Source: Clostridia bacterium (GTDB lineage Bacteria; Bacillota; Clostridia; Oscillospirales; Acutalibacteraceae). From it: a DNA stretch of 63,520 nucleotides. Each line of letters opens with the position of its first letter. Position 1 is the first letter of the stretch. A model generated the notes under the pieces. That model was not told the origin of the DNA. It worked only from the letters and a program-made list of their open reading frames with translations, and ran no database searches. The position numbers and the translations under genes were made by a program. Of the stretch, positions 35,178-45,757 are shown in pieces. The DNA is taken from contig JAFUZN010000077.1 of the NCBI GenBank assembly GCA_017476565.1, positions 1 to 63,520 of the forward strand, written 5' to 3'.

Positions 35178-37022
35178 TCATTCTTCCACATCAGAGACTA
35201 AGGCGTCTTCCAGGGAAGAGGAGGTACTGTTGAGGCCGGCGTTGGTGATCACGGTCTCTGCGGCTTTCTGGACGCGTTTTGCGACGACTTTGACCCAGTG
35301 CTCCGAAACCTTGGCAGCATCGGCCTTGGTCAGGTCTTCCAGGTATTTATCGAACTTTTCGGAAGCCAGTGCATCGCGGACGGTGTTCTTCCAGACCGGG
35401 TCTTTCGACTTGCTGGAAAGGTACATGACATGGTAACCGTAGTCGGTCTTGATGATGCCGGTGTCGCCCTTCTTGCGGCCGTCAGCAAAGCACCAGTTCA
35501 GGAAGGGCTCCACATAGTTCGAGTCCTTCGTGACGTCTTCATAGAGACCGCCGTTCTCAGCGGAACCGGTGTCCTCAGTCAGTTTAGTAGCAAGGGCAGC
35601 GAAGGAAGCGTCAGTAGCTTTGCCCTTCTTCCACTTGGCAAGGGCTTTCTCCGCAAGAGCTTTGGCTTCTTTGTCGGTGTGACCGGTCTCGGTCTCCGTC
35701 TCATCGGAAGCGGAGTCGTCGGTGACCATGTAAAGGATCTGGCGAACGTTGACGGGGTACTGGTTATCCCGCTTCATGACGTTCTCCATGACGTAAACGT
35801 AGTAGTTGGCGATGCCGTCATCGTTCTTGACTTCGAAGAGCTTCTTGTCGCCGGACTTGCGGTCTGCCTGGAAGGCCCAGTCGGCAGCTTCTTCGGAAAC
35901 GTAGTCGTGGATCGCGCTGTAGTTGGTGTCATCCATGGAAGAGTAGGACGCGTCGTCCTTCATGAGTTCTTTCTGGTCCTTGTCTTCCGTGGCGTCGTAG
36001 GCGAGCTGGGTGAAGTTCGAAAGGTTGGCTTTCTGAAGGAACGCTTCCGCCTTCTTCTTCAGTTCCGCATTGGCCTTCTTGATGGCATCTTTCGAGGGCT
36101 TCTCTTCAGCAGCAAGGGAGTTCGTGAAAGTGAAGTTCCGAATGTCTACTGTCGTGTAGTCCTTGGCATTGTCATTGAACTCTTTTTCGATCTCGTCATC
36201 GGTGATTTCCTTGGCAAGCTCTTTCTGCTTGTCCTCTTTGTAGCGATTGACGATGGTCTGCTTCGTATAGATCTCTTTCAGGAGGCTGGGGGACATGCCG
36301 CGGCCGTAATTGGTGCGCAGGTAAGCGTCCAGAGAATAGCCGTCGTTATCGGCGTTGGTCTGCAGGCTCTCCACGAACTCGTCGAGGTCCTTCTGCTCGG
36401 ACTTGGTGAGTTCATAGCCTTCCGCTTTGGCCGCCTTGTAGAGCATGGTGCTGGAGTTGGCTTCCTTCAGGGATTCCTGCTCGAAGTAGTCCGCCCAGGT
36501 GGGGTTCTCACCGTACTTCTTGTCAATGGTGAGACCGGCCTCTTCGTTGGGAACGAATTCCTGGTCACCGGGAGCCTTGGTGTAGTCGTAGCCGGTCATC
36601 ATTTTGCCGGCACCGTCTCCGTAGTAGGAGCTGTAGTACTGATCGTACTGCTGGGACATCTGGTAGTAATAGTTGAAGTACATGCGGTTGTAGTACTCAT
36701 ATTCTGCCACAGAAATCCGGTCTCCGTCTGCTGTCTTCTCTGCAGCTGCCGCACGATCAAAAAGACCAAAGAATGCGCCCAGGGCAATAGCGAGAGCCAA
36801 AAGAACTGCGAGCAGGGGAATGAGGACCCGGGCCACTTTCTGCCCCTTGGTCCGGTTCCGGCGAGCTCTGGCTTTTTCGGCCTGCTTCTCGTTGGACTTC
36901 TCGATGCTGGCTTTCCGCTTCTCGCGAGCTTCCTGAGCTTTGGCCTGTTTCTTTTCCTTCTTGGCTTTTTCGTCCTGAAGTTTCTTCAGTTCTTTTTCTG
37001 CCTTTTTGTTTTCGTTGGCCAT
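35178..37022 (-). CDS. membrane-anchored parvulin-type peptidyl-prolyl isomerase (PrsA/SurA-like)
   Basis: RBS AGGAGG. K/E-rich N-terminus, TM segment VLIPLLAVLLALAIALGAFFGLF, and C-terminal PPIC motif GDTGIIKTDYGYHVMYL. Confidence 0.75.
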   Translation of the reverse strand: MANENKKAEKELKKLQDEKAKKEKKQAKAQEAREKRKASIEKSNEKQAEKARARRNRTKGQKVARVLIPLLAVLLALAIALGAFFGLFDRAAAAEKTADGDRISVAEYEYYNRMYFNYYYQMSQQYDQYYSSYYGDGAGKMMTGYDYTKAPGDQEFVPNEEAGLTIDKKYGENPTWADYFEQESLKEANSSTMLYKAAKAEGYELTKSEQKDLDEFVESLQTNADNDGYSLDAYLRTNYGRGMSPSLLKEIYTKQTIVNRYKEDKQKELAKEITDDEIEKEFNDNAKDYTTVDIRNFTFTNSLAAEEKPSKDAIKKANAELKKKAEAFLQKANLSNFTQLAYDATEDKDQKELMKDDASYSSMDDTNYSAIHDYVSEEAADWAFQADRKSGDKKLFEVKNDDGIANYYVYVMENVMKRDNQYPVNVRQILYMVTDDSASDETETETGHTDKEAKALAEKALAKWKKGKATDASFAALATKLTEDTGSAENGGLYEDVTKDSNYVEPFLNWCFADGRKKGDTGIIKTDYGYHVMYLSSKSKDPVWKNTVRDALASEKFDKYLEDLTKADAAKVSEHWVKVVAKRVQKAAETVITNAGLNSTSSSLEDALVSDVEE

Positions 37023-37261
37023 TCAAATGAACCTCCTGTAAAAAACATTTTATAAATAATACAACATTCTTAAAGTGGTTACAATGTTGAAATTGGCGCA
37101 ACATCTGCCCCCGGATTGTGCATTTTTTCTACAATTTGCCAATATCTTGTGGCTCAACAGTCAAAATGAAAAAGTCAGAAATGAGAATTTCATTTCATAT
37201 TTGCAAATTAGTAGAAATTCCAGTAAACTATGTAACATATTCCTGAAAGGAAGAGCCAAAC

Positions 37262-38542
37262 ATGAAAACCTATGCAGAAATGACAAAGGAAGAGTTGCAG
37301 GCGGAAAAAGACCGGCTGCAGGCCCGTTACGACAAATACAAGGCACAGGACCTGGACCTGAATATGGCCCGGGGCAAGCCTTCTCTCGAGCAGGAGGAAG
37401 CCTCCATCGAAATGCTCGACATCATCAATTCCCGTTCGAACCTGACCACGGAAGAAAGCACGGACGTTCTGAACTATGGGTGTCTGACCGGGCTCATCGA
37501 AGTCAAACGCCTGTTCTCTGACATTTTGGAAGTCCCCGTAGAGAAGATCATTGTGGGGGGCAACTCCAGCCTCAACATGATGTTCGACTACCTTATGCAG
37601 TGCTATGCCATGGGAGCCGGGGAAGGGCTGGAGCCCTGGGTCCTGCAGGGAGGCTGCAAGTTCCTCTGCCCGTCTCCCGGGTATGACCGCCACTTCGGCA
37701 TTGCCGAATACTTGGGCCTCGAACTCATTCCGGTCCCCATGACGGAGAACGGTCCCGACATGGACGTTGTGGAAGAGCTCGTGAAAGACCCGAAAGTCAA
37801 AGGCATGTTCTGCGTCCCGAAGTACGCAAACCCCACCGGTCAGTCCTATTCCGACGAAACGGTACGGCGCATCGCCAAAATGAAAACGGTGGAAGACTTC
37901 CGCGTCATTTGGGACAATGCCTATGTCATCCACGACCTCACCGGTCGTCACGATGACGTTCTGGACCTTCTCGATGAGTGTGAAAAGGCGGGGAACCCGG
38001 ACCGGGCAGTCCTCTTTGCTTCCACCTCAAAAGTCACGTTCCCCGGAGCCGGTATTGCGGTTCTTGCTGCCAACGAAGGGAACCGGGACTGGATCCTCAA
38101 ACGACTGGACAAACAGACCATCGGTTCCGATAAGATCAACCAGCTGCGGCATGTCCGCTTCTTCAAAGACGGCATTTCTGACGTCAAAAACCATATGGAC
38201 AAACTGGCCGGCATCATCACGCCCCACTTCAATGTGGTCCTTTCCACTTTTGAGCGGAAACTGAAGCCCCGGGACATCTGTTCCTGGACGAACCCCAACG
38301 GCGGTTATTTCATCAGCCTCGACTGTATGGAGGGGACCGCTACCAGGGTCTTCCAGCTCTGTAAAGAGTGTGGAGTCACGCTGACCACCGTAGGGGCTAC
38401 CTTCCCCTACGGAAAAGACCCGAAAGACAGCAACATGCGGATCGCCCCCACATACCCCAGTCTCGAAGAACTGGCCGTCGCCACAGACGTTCTGTGTATT
38501 GCGATACGCCTCGCTGCTCTCGAAAAGATCCTGTCTGAATAA
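37262..38542 (+). CDS. class I/II fold PLP-dependent aminotransferase
   Basis: 426 aa. N-terminus ...LDLNMARGKPSLEQ and the PLP-lysine region FASTSKVTFPGAGIA. Confidence 0.7.
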   Translation: MKTYAEMTKEELQAEKDRLQARYDKYKAQDLDLNMARGKPSLEQEEASIEMLDIINSRSNLTTEESTDVLNYGCLTGLIEVKRLFSDILEVPVEKIIVGGNSSLNMMFDYLMQCYAMGAGEGLEPWVLQGGCKFLCPSPGYDRHFGIAEYLGLELIPVPMTENGPDMDVVEELVKDPKVKGMFCVPKYANPTGQSYSDETVRRIAKMKTVEDFRVIWDNAYVIHDLTGRHDDVLDLLDECEKAGNPDRAVLFASTSKVTFPGAGIAVLAANEGNRDWILKRLDKQTIGSDKINQLRHVRFFKDGISDVKNHMDKLAGIITPHFNVVLSTFERKLKPRDICSWTNPNGGYFISLDCMEGTATRVFQLCKECGVTLTTVGATFPYGKDPKDSNMRIAPTYPSLEELAVATDVLCIAIRLAALEKILSE

Positions 38543-38626
38543 GTCCTGCCCCGGCATTGCGCCGGGGCTTCTTTTTATGTTAAAATAAAGGGCTGTAAAT
38601 TGCTATTTCTTCAGGAGGAAATGAAT

Positions 38627-39433
38627 ATGGCTCGCAGAATCAAAACCGAGAAGCCCCGAAAAACCGGGGGCACCCCATTCCAGGACTCCAACCGTACGGT
38701 CACGGCAGCAATCATCGCCATCATCGTGGTGTTTTTCCTGGGCATCATCTTCCTTGGAGTCCTTCTCGTGAACTTCGTTGGAAGGTTCGCCGAAGCGGAC
38801 GACTCTCAGATCACGACGGTCACTTACTCCATCAAACACCGGGAAGACTTCCAAAACGGTTATAACGGTCGGCTCTATGAATCTGTCACCAATAACGCTT
38901 ATGACCTCTATGGGGAAGAAGGCGCCGCGGAAATGGAAGGGGAGACCACCCTGCCAAAAGTCACCAGCAATTATGGGACCGGTTCCGAATTCGAATACGG
39001 CACCATTAAGGGGAGTACTTATAAGAGCAAGTTCTCCGGTATCACCTTCGATGCCCCCAGCGGCTGGACCCTGAAGGGTGCCTCCAAGAGCACCGTCACC
39101 CCGACTTCGGTCCTGGACCTCGATGCCCGAAACGCTTCCGGTTCCATGTCCGTGAAGCTCCAGTACTTCGCCCTCTCCGGCGGCAGTTACACGAGCACCT
39201 CACAGGTCATGAAGGCCCTGAAAGCACAGGTCGGAGACGAGGTCGCCACCGACAGCAAGACCCAGAACATTTCCGGTCTGAACTTCTCCGGCTTTGCCTT
39301 CGACGGTCTCAGCGGTCAGGAGACCGCTCGAAGCCAGGTCATGGTGGCCCAGGTCAAGGGTTATGCTCTGGTCCTTCAGGTCGTGGCACCCACCCAGAAA
39401 GATATCGATAACATTCTCAAGAATTTCTCCTAA
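38627..39433 (+). CDS. hypothetical bitopic membrane protein
   Basis: The ATG at 38627 lies 8 nt after AGGAGG. One TM segment (AAIIAIIVVFFLGIIFLGVLLV). The extracytoplasmic domain has no motif I recognise. Confidence 0.55.
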   Translation: MARRIKTEKPRKTGGTPFQDSNRTVTAAIIAIIVVFFLGIIFLGVLLVNFVGRFAEADDSQITTVTYSIKHREDFQNGYNGRLYESVTNNAYDLYGEEGAAEMEGETTLPKVTSNYGTGSEFEYGTIKGSTYKSKFSGITFDAPSGWTLKGASKSTVTPTSVLDLDARNASGSMSVKLQYFALSGGSYTSTSQVMKALKAQVGDEVATDSKTQNISGLNFSGFAFDGLSGQETARSQVMVAQVKGYALVLQVVAPTQKDIDNILKNFS

Positions 39434-39443
39434 GGTGACTCCT

Positions 39444-40184
39444 ATGACTCACGACACCGAAGTCAAAATCAAAAAACTCCAGGAAATCATCGACGAGAGC
39501 CGGCGTATCGTCTTTTTTGGCGGCGCCGGAGTCTCCACTGAAAGCGGTATTCCGGACTTTCGCAGTGTAGACGGCCTCTACCACCAGAAGTTCAAGTACC
39601 CGCCGGAGACGATGCTCAGCCACACCTTCTTCGTTCAGAACACCTGGGACTTTTTCGACTTTTATAAAAACCGGGTCATTCCCAGAGACCCGAAACCCAA
39701 CGCCGCTCATCTCAAGCTTGCGGAACTCGAACAGGCCGGAAAGCTCATTGGGGTCGTCACCCAAAACATTGACGGGCTTCACCAGGCGGCCGGCTCTGAG
39801 AAAGTCTATGAACTCCACGGGAGCGTTCTCCGCAATTACTGCACGAAGTGCGGAAAGTTTTTTGACTATAACTACATTCTCGACGCTTCCGGCGTGCCGG
39901 AGTGCGATGAGTGCGGCGGCATCGTCAAACCCGATGTCGTTCTCTACGAAGAGGGCCTCGACAATGACACTGTGACCGGTGCTGTGGAAGCCATTTCCTC
40001 CGCCGACTGCATGATCGTCGCCGGCACTTCTCTCGTCGTTTATCCCGCCGCCGGCCTGCTTCGGTACTTCCGGGGCAAGTGGCTCATCCTCATCAACCGG
40101 GACCCTACCCAGGCAGACAAGTCTGCAAACCTCGTCATCCATGACAAAGTGGGAGAGGTCCTCTCCAAGATCACCGTTCAATAA
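39444..40184 (+). CDS. NAD-dependent protein deacylase (Sir2 family)
   Basis: ATG at 39444 (the track ORF 39294 overlaps the upstream gene). GAGVSTESGIPDFRS, QNIDGLH, and zinc ribbon CTKCGKFF...CDECGG. Confidence 0.88.
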   Translation: MTHDTEVKIKKLQEIIDESRRIVFFGGAGVSTESGIPDFRSVDGLYHQKFKYPPETMLSHTFFVQNTWDFFDFYKNRVIPRDPKPNAAHLKLAELEQAGKLIGVVTQNIDGLHQAAGSEKVYELHGSVLRNYCTKCGKFFDYNYILDASGVPECDECGGIVKPDVVLYEEGLDNDTVTGAVEAISSADCMIVAGTSLVVYPAAGLLRYFRGKWLILINRDPTQADKSANLVIHDKVGEVLSKITVQ

Positions 40185-40210
40185 CCCTTTAGAAAGCAGG
40201 AACCTCCGTC

Positions 40211-42274
40211 ATGCCCCGAAAAAAGTGGACTGTCCAAAAACTGAATAAGGACCTGGCGTCCACCATTGCCGAGCGGTATTCCATCGACCCCTTGTCAGCG
40301 TTGTTGCTGACCCAACGGGGCTTCGACACGGAGGAAAAGCTCGACGAATTTTTCGACGACTCCGAAGAATGGATCGACCCCTTCCTGTTGCCGGACATGG
40401 ACAAAGCGGTCGAACGCATCAACAACGCGATCTTCGACGGCGAACGCATCTGTGTCTACGGAGACTACGACTGCGACGGCGTCACCTCCACGACTATCCT
40501 CTATTCCTACCTGGAAGCCCAGGGGGCCGACGTCACCTATATGCTTCCGGAACGGGAACGGGACGGCTACGGCCTCAGCAAAGGGGTCGTCGACCGCATT
40601 GCCGCCACCGGGACCAAACTCATCGTCACGGTAGACAACGGCATCTCTGCGGTGGAGGAAGCGAAGTACATCGCAGAGAAGGGCATGGAGCTGGTGGTGA
40701 CTGACCATCACCTGGAGGGCGATGTACTGCCGGACTGTGTCGCCATTGTGGACCCCCACCGAAACGACTGGGACTGCCCCTTTGAAGACTATGCGGGCTG
40801 CGGCGTCGCACTCAAGCTCTGTTGCGCCATGGAGGGCTCCGACGAAGAAGTCATGGCAGAGTTCGCCGACATAGCGGCCCTCGGGACCGTTGCCGACATG
40901 GTGCCCCTGGTGGGGGAGAACCGTAAGATCGTCCTTTACGGGCTCCGGCTCCTCAACACTTACCAAAAACCCGGCATTGAAGCCATTTTGGAAAAAGCCG
41001 GCATTGCCGGGAAAACCGTAGATTCCACCAGCATTTCCTTTGGCATTGCCCCCCGCATCAACGCCGCCGGCCGAATGGGTTCTGCGGAGAAGGCCCTCGA
41101 CCTGCTCCTGGCCGATGACCCGGAGTCTGCGGTCGACATGGCGGAAGAAGTCAGTGTCATGAATACCCGCCGCCACAACGAAGAAGACAAAATCTTCAAC
41201 GAGGCTCTCGCATACCTGCAGGAGCACCCGGAAGTGGCCCACCTGCCCATTCTGGTGGTCAGCGGAAAAGGATGGCACGAAGGCGTTCTCGGAATCGTCG
41301 CATCGAAACTTTTGGAGCGTTACCTGAGACCCGTCATCGTGCTCACCGACAAAGGGGACCTCTGCAAAGGGTCCGCCCGCTCCGTGGAAGGCTTCTCCAT
41401 TTACGATGCCATGAACTCCTGCCGCGACATGCTCAACACCTTCGGGGGCCACGAACTGGCCGCCGGCATGAGTATTCTACCGGAGCGACTGGAGGAGTTC
41501 CGGGAAAAGGTCAATGAGTACGCCTACGGTTGTGCCTCCGTTTACCCGGAGACCAGCATCGACTGCAAGCTGAACCCGGCTGGTCTTTCTCTGGACCTCT
41601 TAGACTCCATTCAGATGATCGAGCCCTTTGGCACCGGCAATGCAAGCCCGGTCTTCGGACTTTACGGAGTACTCCTGGACCAGGTCCAGAGCATGGGTAG
41701 TGACGGGCGGCACAAACGGCTCACTTTCCATAAAGAAGGCAGCAGCCTTTCCGTCACCGGCATCTTCTTCAACCGGCCGGAGTTGCCCTTCCAGCGGGGA
41801 GACAAAGTGGACCTGGTGGTCACCCTCGGCAGAAATGAATTCCGCGGAAAGACTTCACTCTCCATTTACATTCGCGACATTCGGCCCAGCGGCGTCAATG
41901 ACGACGCCATGGTCCTCTCCGAACAGCTCTTCGATAAGCTCTTAGCCGGCCGACCGCTGACCGGGGAAGAGGCCTCCTCACTGGAACCGGACCGCAATTA
42001 CTTCGCCGGAGTCTACCGGTATTTGAAAGCCCATGAAGGCGTCCCCTACAGCGCCTACGAATATATCCATCACAAACTTCATCCGGTGGAGAACCCTCTG
42101 ACTCCGCTCTGTAAGACCCAGGTGACACTGCAGGCCATGAAAGAGCTGGGGCTCCTCACCACCGATGACGAGGGCCGCATCCATTTGCCTTCTCAGAAGC
42201 AGAAGGTGGACCTGAGCGATGCGCCCATACTGGAAAAACTGCAAGGGAACAGGATGAACGGACATGGAAGTTGA
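40211..42274 (+). CDS. recJ: single-stranded-DNA-specific exonuclease RecJ
   Basis: DHH family motifs (ICVYGDYDCDGVTS, VTVDNG, VVTDHH) and a DHHA1 region GGHELAAG. Confidence 0.9.
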   Translation: MPRKKWTVQKLNKDLASTIAERYSIDPLSALLLTQRGFDTEEKLDEFFDDSEEWIDPFLLPDMDKAVERINNAIFDGERICVYGDYDCDGVTSTTILYSYLEAQGADVTYMLPERERDGYGLSKGVVDRIAATGTKLIVTVDNGISAVEEAKYIAEKGMELVVTDHHLEGDVLPDCVAIVDPHRNDWDCPFEDYAGCGVALKLCCAMEGSDEEVMAEFADIAALGTVADMVPLVGENRKIVLYGLRLLNTYQKPGIEAILEKAGIAGKTVDSTSISFGIAPRINAAGRMGSAEKALDLLLADDPESAVDMAEEVSVMNTRRHNEEDKIFNEALAYLQEHPEVAHLPILVVSGKGWHEGVLGIVASKLLERYLRPVIVLTDKGDLCKGSARSVEGFSIYDAMNSCRDMLNTFGGHELAAGMSILPERLEEFREKVNEYAYGCASVYPETSIDCKLNPAGLSLDLLDSIQMIEPFGTGNASPVFGLYGVLLDQVQSMGSDGRHKRLTFHKEGSSLSVTGIFFNRPELPFQRGDKVDLVVTLGRNEFRGKTSLSIYIRDIRPSGVNDDAMVLSEQLFDKLLAGRPLTGEEASSLEPDRNYFAGVYRYLKAHEGVPYSAYEYIHHKLHPVENPLTPLCKTQVTLQAMKELGLLTTDDEGRIHLPSQKQKVDLSDAPILEKLQGNRMNGHGS

Positions 42275-44474
42275 GAGAACCCTCATCAAATATAACGACC
42301 GGTTCGACGAACTGCGCCAGCTGATGAAGGATTATTACACTGCTGACGAACTGAAACTGGTAGAGAAGGCCTACGAGATCGCCTCGGAGGCCCATAAAGA
42401 CCAGCGCCGTTACAGCGGGGAACCCTACATCATGCACCCGGTGGCTGTCGCCCGCATTCTCTTCGACCTAGGTATGGACCATCAGTCCATTATCGCTGCC
42501 ATCCTTCATGACACAGTGGAAGACACCGACATCACCCTGACCGACCTCTCCAATGTCTTTGGGGAGGAAGTCGCCCAGTTGGTCAACGGAGTCACCAAAC
42601 TCGGTAAAGTCCCCCTGGCCACCTATAAAGAGCAGCAGGCGGAAAACGTCCGAAAAATGCTCATCGCCATGTCTCAGGACATTCGGGTCATCATCATCAA
42701 ACTGGCTGACCGGCTCCACAATATGCGGACCCTCGAGTACATGAGGGAGCAAAAGCAGAAAGAGAAGTCCCTCGAGACCCTCGAGATCTATGCGCCCATC
42801 GCACATCGGCTCGGGATCAGCTCCATCAAGGAGGAACTGGAAGACCTGGCGATCCGCTACCTGGACCCCTACGGCTACAACACCATTGAGGACCTCCTCA
42901 AAAGCACCGGCGATGCACACCCGACCCTCATCGACGACACCGTCGAACGGGTCCGGGAACGGGTCCAGAAATATATCCCGGAAGCGGACGTCGCCGGACG
43001 CCGGAAAAGCATTTACGGAATCTATCGGAAAATGTTCATTCGCGGCCACTCCTTCGATCAGATCTACGATGTCTATGCCATTCGCATCATCGTCAACAAT
43101 GTGGCGGACTGTTACAATGTCCTGGGCGTTGTTCACGACATGTACCACTCGCTTCCCGGGCGGTTCAAAGACTATATTTCCAACCCGAAATCCAACATGT
43201 ACCAGTCCCTGCACACGACTGTCATTTCGGAAGAAGGGATCCCCTTCGAAGTGCAGATCCGGACCTGGGAAATGCACTATACTGCGGAATACGGCATTGC
43301 CGCTCACTGGAAGTACAAGACCGGGGTCAAGAACGATCAGAAGTTCGAAGAGCGCCTTGCCTGGATCCGCCAGCTTCTCGAAAACCAGAAAGATTCCGAC
43401 GACGTCGAAGAGATCGTCAAGACCATCAAGTCGGACTTCGTCCCGGAGGACGTCTTCGTCTTCACCCCCAAAGGAGACGTCATCAACATCCCTCTGGGCT
43501 CCACCGTCATCGATTTTGCTTACGCGATCCACACCCAGGTCGGCCACCACATGAACGGGGCCAAGGTCGACGGTAAGATCGTGCCCCTCGACTACAAAGT
43601 CCGCACCGGTGAAATCGTCGAGATCTTACGGTCCCCGGACCCGAACAAAGGGCCTTCCAGAGACTGGCTGAACATTGCGAAAACCAGCAGTGCCCGCTCT
43701 AAGATCCGCTCCTGGTTCAAAAAGGAGCGCCGTTCCGAGAACATCGAAGAAGGCAAACGGATCGTGGAAGAGGTTCTTCGCCGGCACAACCTGCACCTCT
43801 CCGATGAGGAGGTCCAGGCCGTCATCGAGAAATTCAAAGTCCGCAAGGGCTTTGAGAGCGAAGACGACTTCTATGCGGCGGTGGGCTACGGCAGCATAAC
43901 TGCCGAGAACGTACTGCCCACCTTCCGGGAAGAATACCAGCGACTGGAAAAACAGCGCCGCCTCGAACAGCCGACCCTGGAAGAAGAACTTACCACCGGT
44001 CCCTTGAAGAAGGGTAACAGTGGTGACGGGATCGTCATCGACGGGGTGGACAATGTTCTCATCAAGCTCTCAAAGTGCTGTAACCCCCTGCCGGGAGACC
44101 GGGTTATCGGCTTTATCACCAGAGGCCATGGCATTTCGGTCCACAAGCGGGACTGCACCAACGTGCCCCACGACCTGGCTCTGGCTTCCGAACCGGACCG
44201 CTGGATCCCGGTCCACTGGTCCGAAGAGATCCACGAACAGTTCGAAGCGGGACTCAATATCTACTGTGAAGACCAGGTGGGTATGCTCGCAAAGATCACG
44301 GCAGACCTGGCCGCCATGCGGGTCAACATTTCGACCATTACCCTTCACAACAAAGAAGACTACTCCACCATCCATATGCGGATCGTAGTCAAGGACGTCG
44401 GACACCTGGAGTCCCTCATCAGCCACCTTCGAAACATCAAGGGCGTCCACGGCGTAGAAAGGACCGGCCTTTAA
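42264..44474 (+). CDS. relA: bifunctional (p)ppGpp synthetase/hydrolase (RSH)
   Basis: HD domain ([20 protein letters not shown]), synthetase domain ([27 protein letters not shown]), and TGS and ACT C-terminal domains. 11-nt overlap with recJ. Confidence 0.92.
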   Translation: MEVERTLIKYNDRFDELRQLMKDYYTADELKLVEKAYEIASEAHKDQRRYSGEPYIMHPVAVARILFDLGMDHQSIIAAILHDTVEDTDITLTDLSNVFGEEVAQLVNGVTKLGKVPLATYKEQQAENVRKMLIAMSQDIRVIIIKLADRLHNMRTLEYMREQKQKEKSLETLEIYAPIAHRLGISSIKEELEDLAIRYLDPYGYNTIEDLLKSTGDAHPTLIDDTVERVRERVQKYIPEADVAGRRKSIYGIYRKMFIRGHSFDQIYDVYAIRIIVNNVADCYNVLGVVHDMYHSLPGRFKDYISNPKSNMYQSLHTTVISEEGIPFEVQIRTWEMHYTAEYGIAAHWKYKTGVKNDQKFEERLAWIRQLLENQKDSDDVEEIVKTIKSDFVPEDVFVFTPKGDVINIPLGSTVIDFAYAIHTQVGHHMNGAKVDGKIVPLDYKVRTGEIVEILRSPDPNKGPSRDWLNIAKTSSARSKIRSWFKKERRSENIEEGKRIVEEVLRRHNLHLSDEEVQAVIEKFKVRKGFESEDDFYAAVGYGSITAENVLPTFREEYQRLEKQRRLEQPTLEEELTTGPLKKGNSGDGIVIDGVDNVLIKLSKCCNPLPGDRVIGFITRGHGISVHKRDCTNVPHDLALASEPDRWIPVHWSEEIHEQFEAGLNIYCEDQVGMLAKITADLAAMRVNISTITLHNKEDYSTIHMRIVVKDVGHLESLISHLRNIKGVHGVERTGL

Positions 44475-44478
44475 GCCT

Positions 44479-44934
44479 ATGAAAGCAGTCATACAGAGAG
44501 TGACCTCCGCCAGCGTTGCTGTTGAAGGGGAAACCCTGGGCGCCATTGACCGGGGCTACCTCATACTTTTAGGAGTCCACGAATCGGACACCGAAGCAGA
44601 AGCAGAGCTTCTCGCCAAAAAGGTCGTGAACCTTCGGGTCTTCGAAGATGAAGACGGGAAAATGAATTTGTCCTTACTGGATACAGGCCTGTCCTGCCTC
44701 GTCATTTCCCAGTTCACTTTGCTCGCCAACACCAGGAAAGGCAACCGGCCCTCCTTCATTGAAGCCGCCAGACCGGAACAAGCAGTCCCCCTCTATGAAC
44801 ACTTCATGGAGCAGCTGAAGGCTCTGGGCGTAAAAGAGGTCCGGCACGGACAGTTCGGCGCAGACATGGCAGTGAGCCTTATCAACGACGGCCCGGTCAC
44901 TATAGTACTCGACACCGACACCTGGAAAAAATAG
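44479..44934 (+). CDS. dtd: D-aminoacyl-tRNA deacylase
   Basis: MKAVIQRV...[17 protein letters not shown]...[16 protein letters not shown] is the canonical Dtd pattern. Confidence 0.92.
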   Translation: MKAVIQRVTSASVAVEGETLGAIDRGYLILLGVHESDTEAEAELLAKKVVNLRVFEDEDGKMNLSLLDTGLSCLVISQFTLLANTRKGNRPSFIEAARPEQAVPLYEHFMEQLKALGVKEVRHGQFGADMAVSLINDGPVTIVLDTDTWKK

Positions 44935-44946
44935 GAAGGACATTCC

Positions 44947-45576
44947 ATGGAACTGCAACTCGCATATTTCAAACTGGGGCTGCTGCCCACGAACACTTAT
45001 GTACTTGTCAACCAGGAGGACGGTCACGGAGTCCTCGTGGACCCGGCCATTTACGCAGACGAGGTCTATGACGCCATGGTAGAAATGGGGGTCAAGACCC
45101 TCGACTACATCCTCCTGACCCACGGGCATTTCGACCACATTCTCGGCGTGCCCGGCTTTCTCGAGAAGTTCCCGGAGGCAAAGGTCGTCATCCACGAAGA
45201 CGATGAAGCCTTCCTCACCGACCCGGAGCTGAGCCACGCGGCAAAGCACGGCCTCGAGCAGCCGCCCATGAAGGCAGACATAGTAGTCAAAGACGGGGAC
45301 GACGTCCCCTGGGAAGGGGAGAACTTCCACGTGCTCCACACGCCGGGCCACACTCCCGGGTGCATCGTCTTCCTCTTCCAAAACCTCATGTTCGCCGGCG
45401 ACACGCTCTTCCGCCTCAGCTGCGGAAGGACCGACTTCCCGGAAAGCCTTCCGGAGAAAATGATCCCCTCGCTGAAGAAGCTCGCCGCCCTCGACGGCAA
45501 TTACACCGTCCTGCCCGGCCACGACAACTTCACCGAACTGGAGTTTGAAAGACAAAATAACCCATACATGAAGTAA
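44947..45576 (+). CDS. MBL-fold metallo-hydrolase
   Basis: LLTHGHFDH motif and HTPGHTPG. Confidence 0.85.
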   Translation: MELQLAYFKLGLLPTNTYVLVNQEDGHGVLVDPAIYADEVYDAMVEMGVKTLDYILLTHGHFDHILGVPGFLEKFPEAKVVIHEDDEAFLTDPELSHAAKHGLEQPPMKADIVVKDGDDVPWEGENFHVLHTPGHTPGCIVFLFQNLMFAGDTLFRLSCGRTDFPESLPEKMIPSLKKLAALDGNYTVLPGHDNFTELEFERQNNPYMK

Positions 45577-45582
45577 ACGGTT

Positions 45583-45718
45583 GAGAAATCACCTGTAAAA
45601 GCTTCGACTTGCGGCGAAGGTCGCGTTGCGGAGGCTGTTTCTGAGAATCAATAGCGCTGACGCGCACCCCGCAAAGCTCGATTCTTGCGGCGGCGAACTT
45701 TTACCACGGTGATTTCCC
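45583..45718 (+). ncRNA. candidate structured RNA (6S-like rod with central bubble, or a cis-leader of hemZ)
   Basis: Hand-folded. Closing stem: 45585-45593/45708-45716 (9 bp), 45596-45601/45698-45703 (6 bp) and 45603-45606/45694-45697 (4 bp). Internal loop of about 19 x 19 nt. Inner stem TTGCGGAGG/CCCCGCAA (45626-45634/45667-45674). Apical GCGC-TGAC-GCGC hairpin. The strand is not established. Confidence 0.3.
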
Positions 45719-45757
45719 ATCATATTAACTGGCAATTTCGCTACCACAAAGTCTATA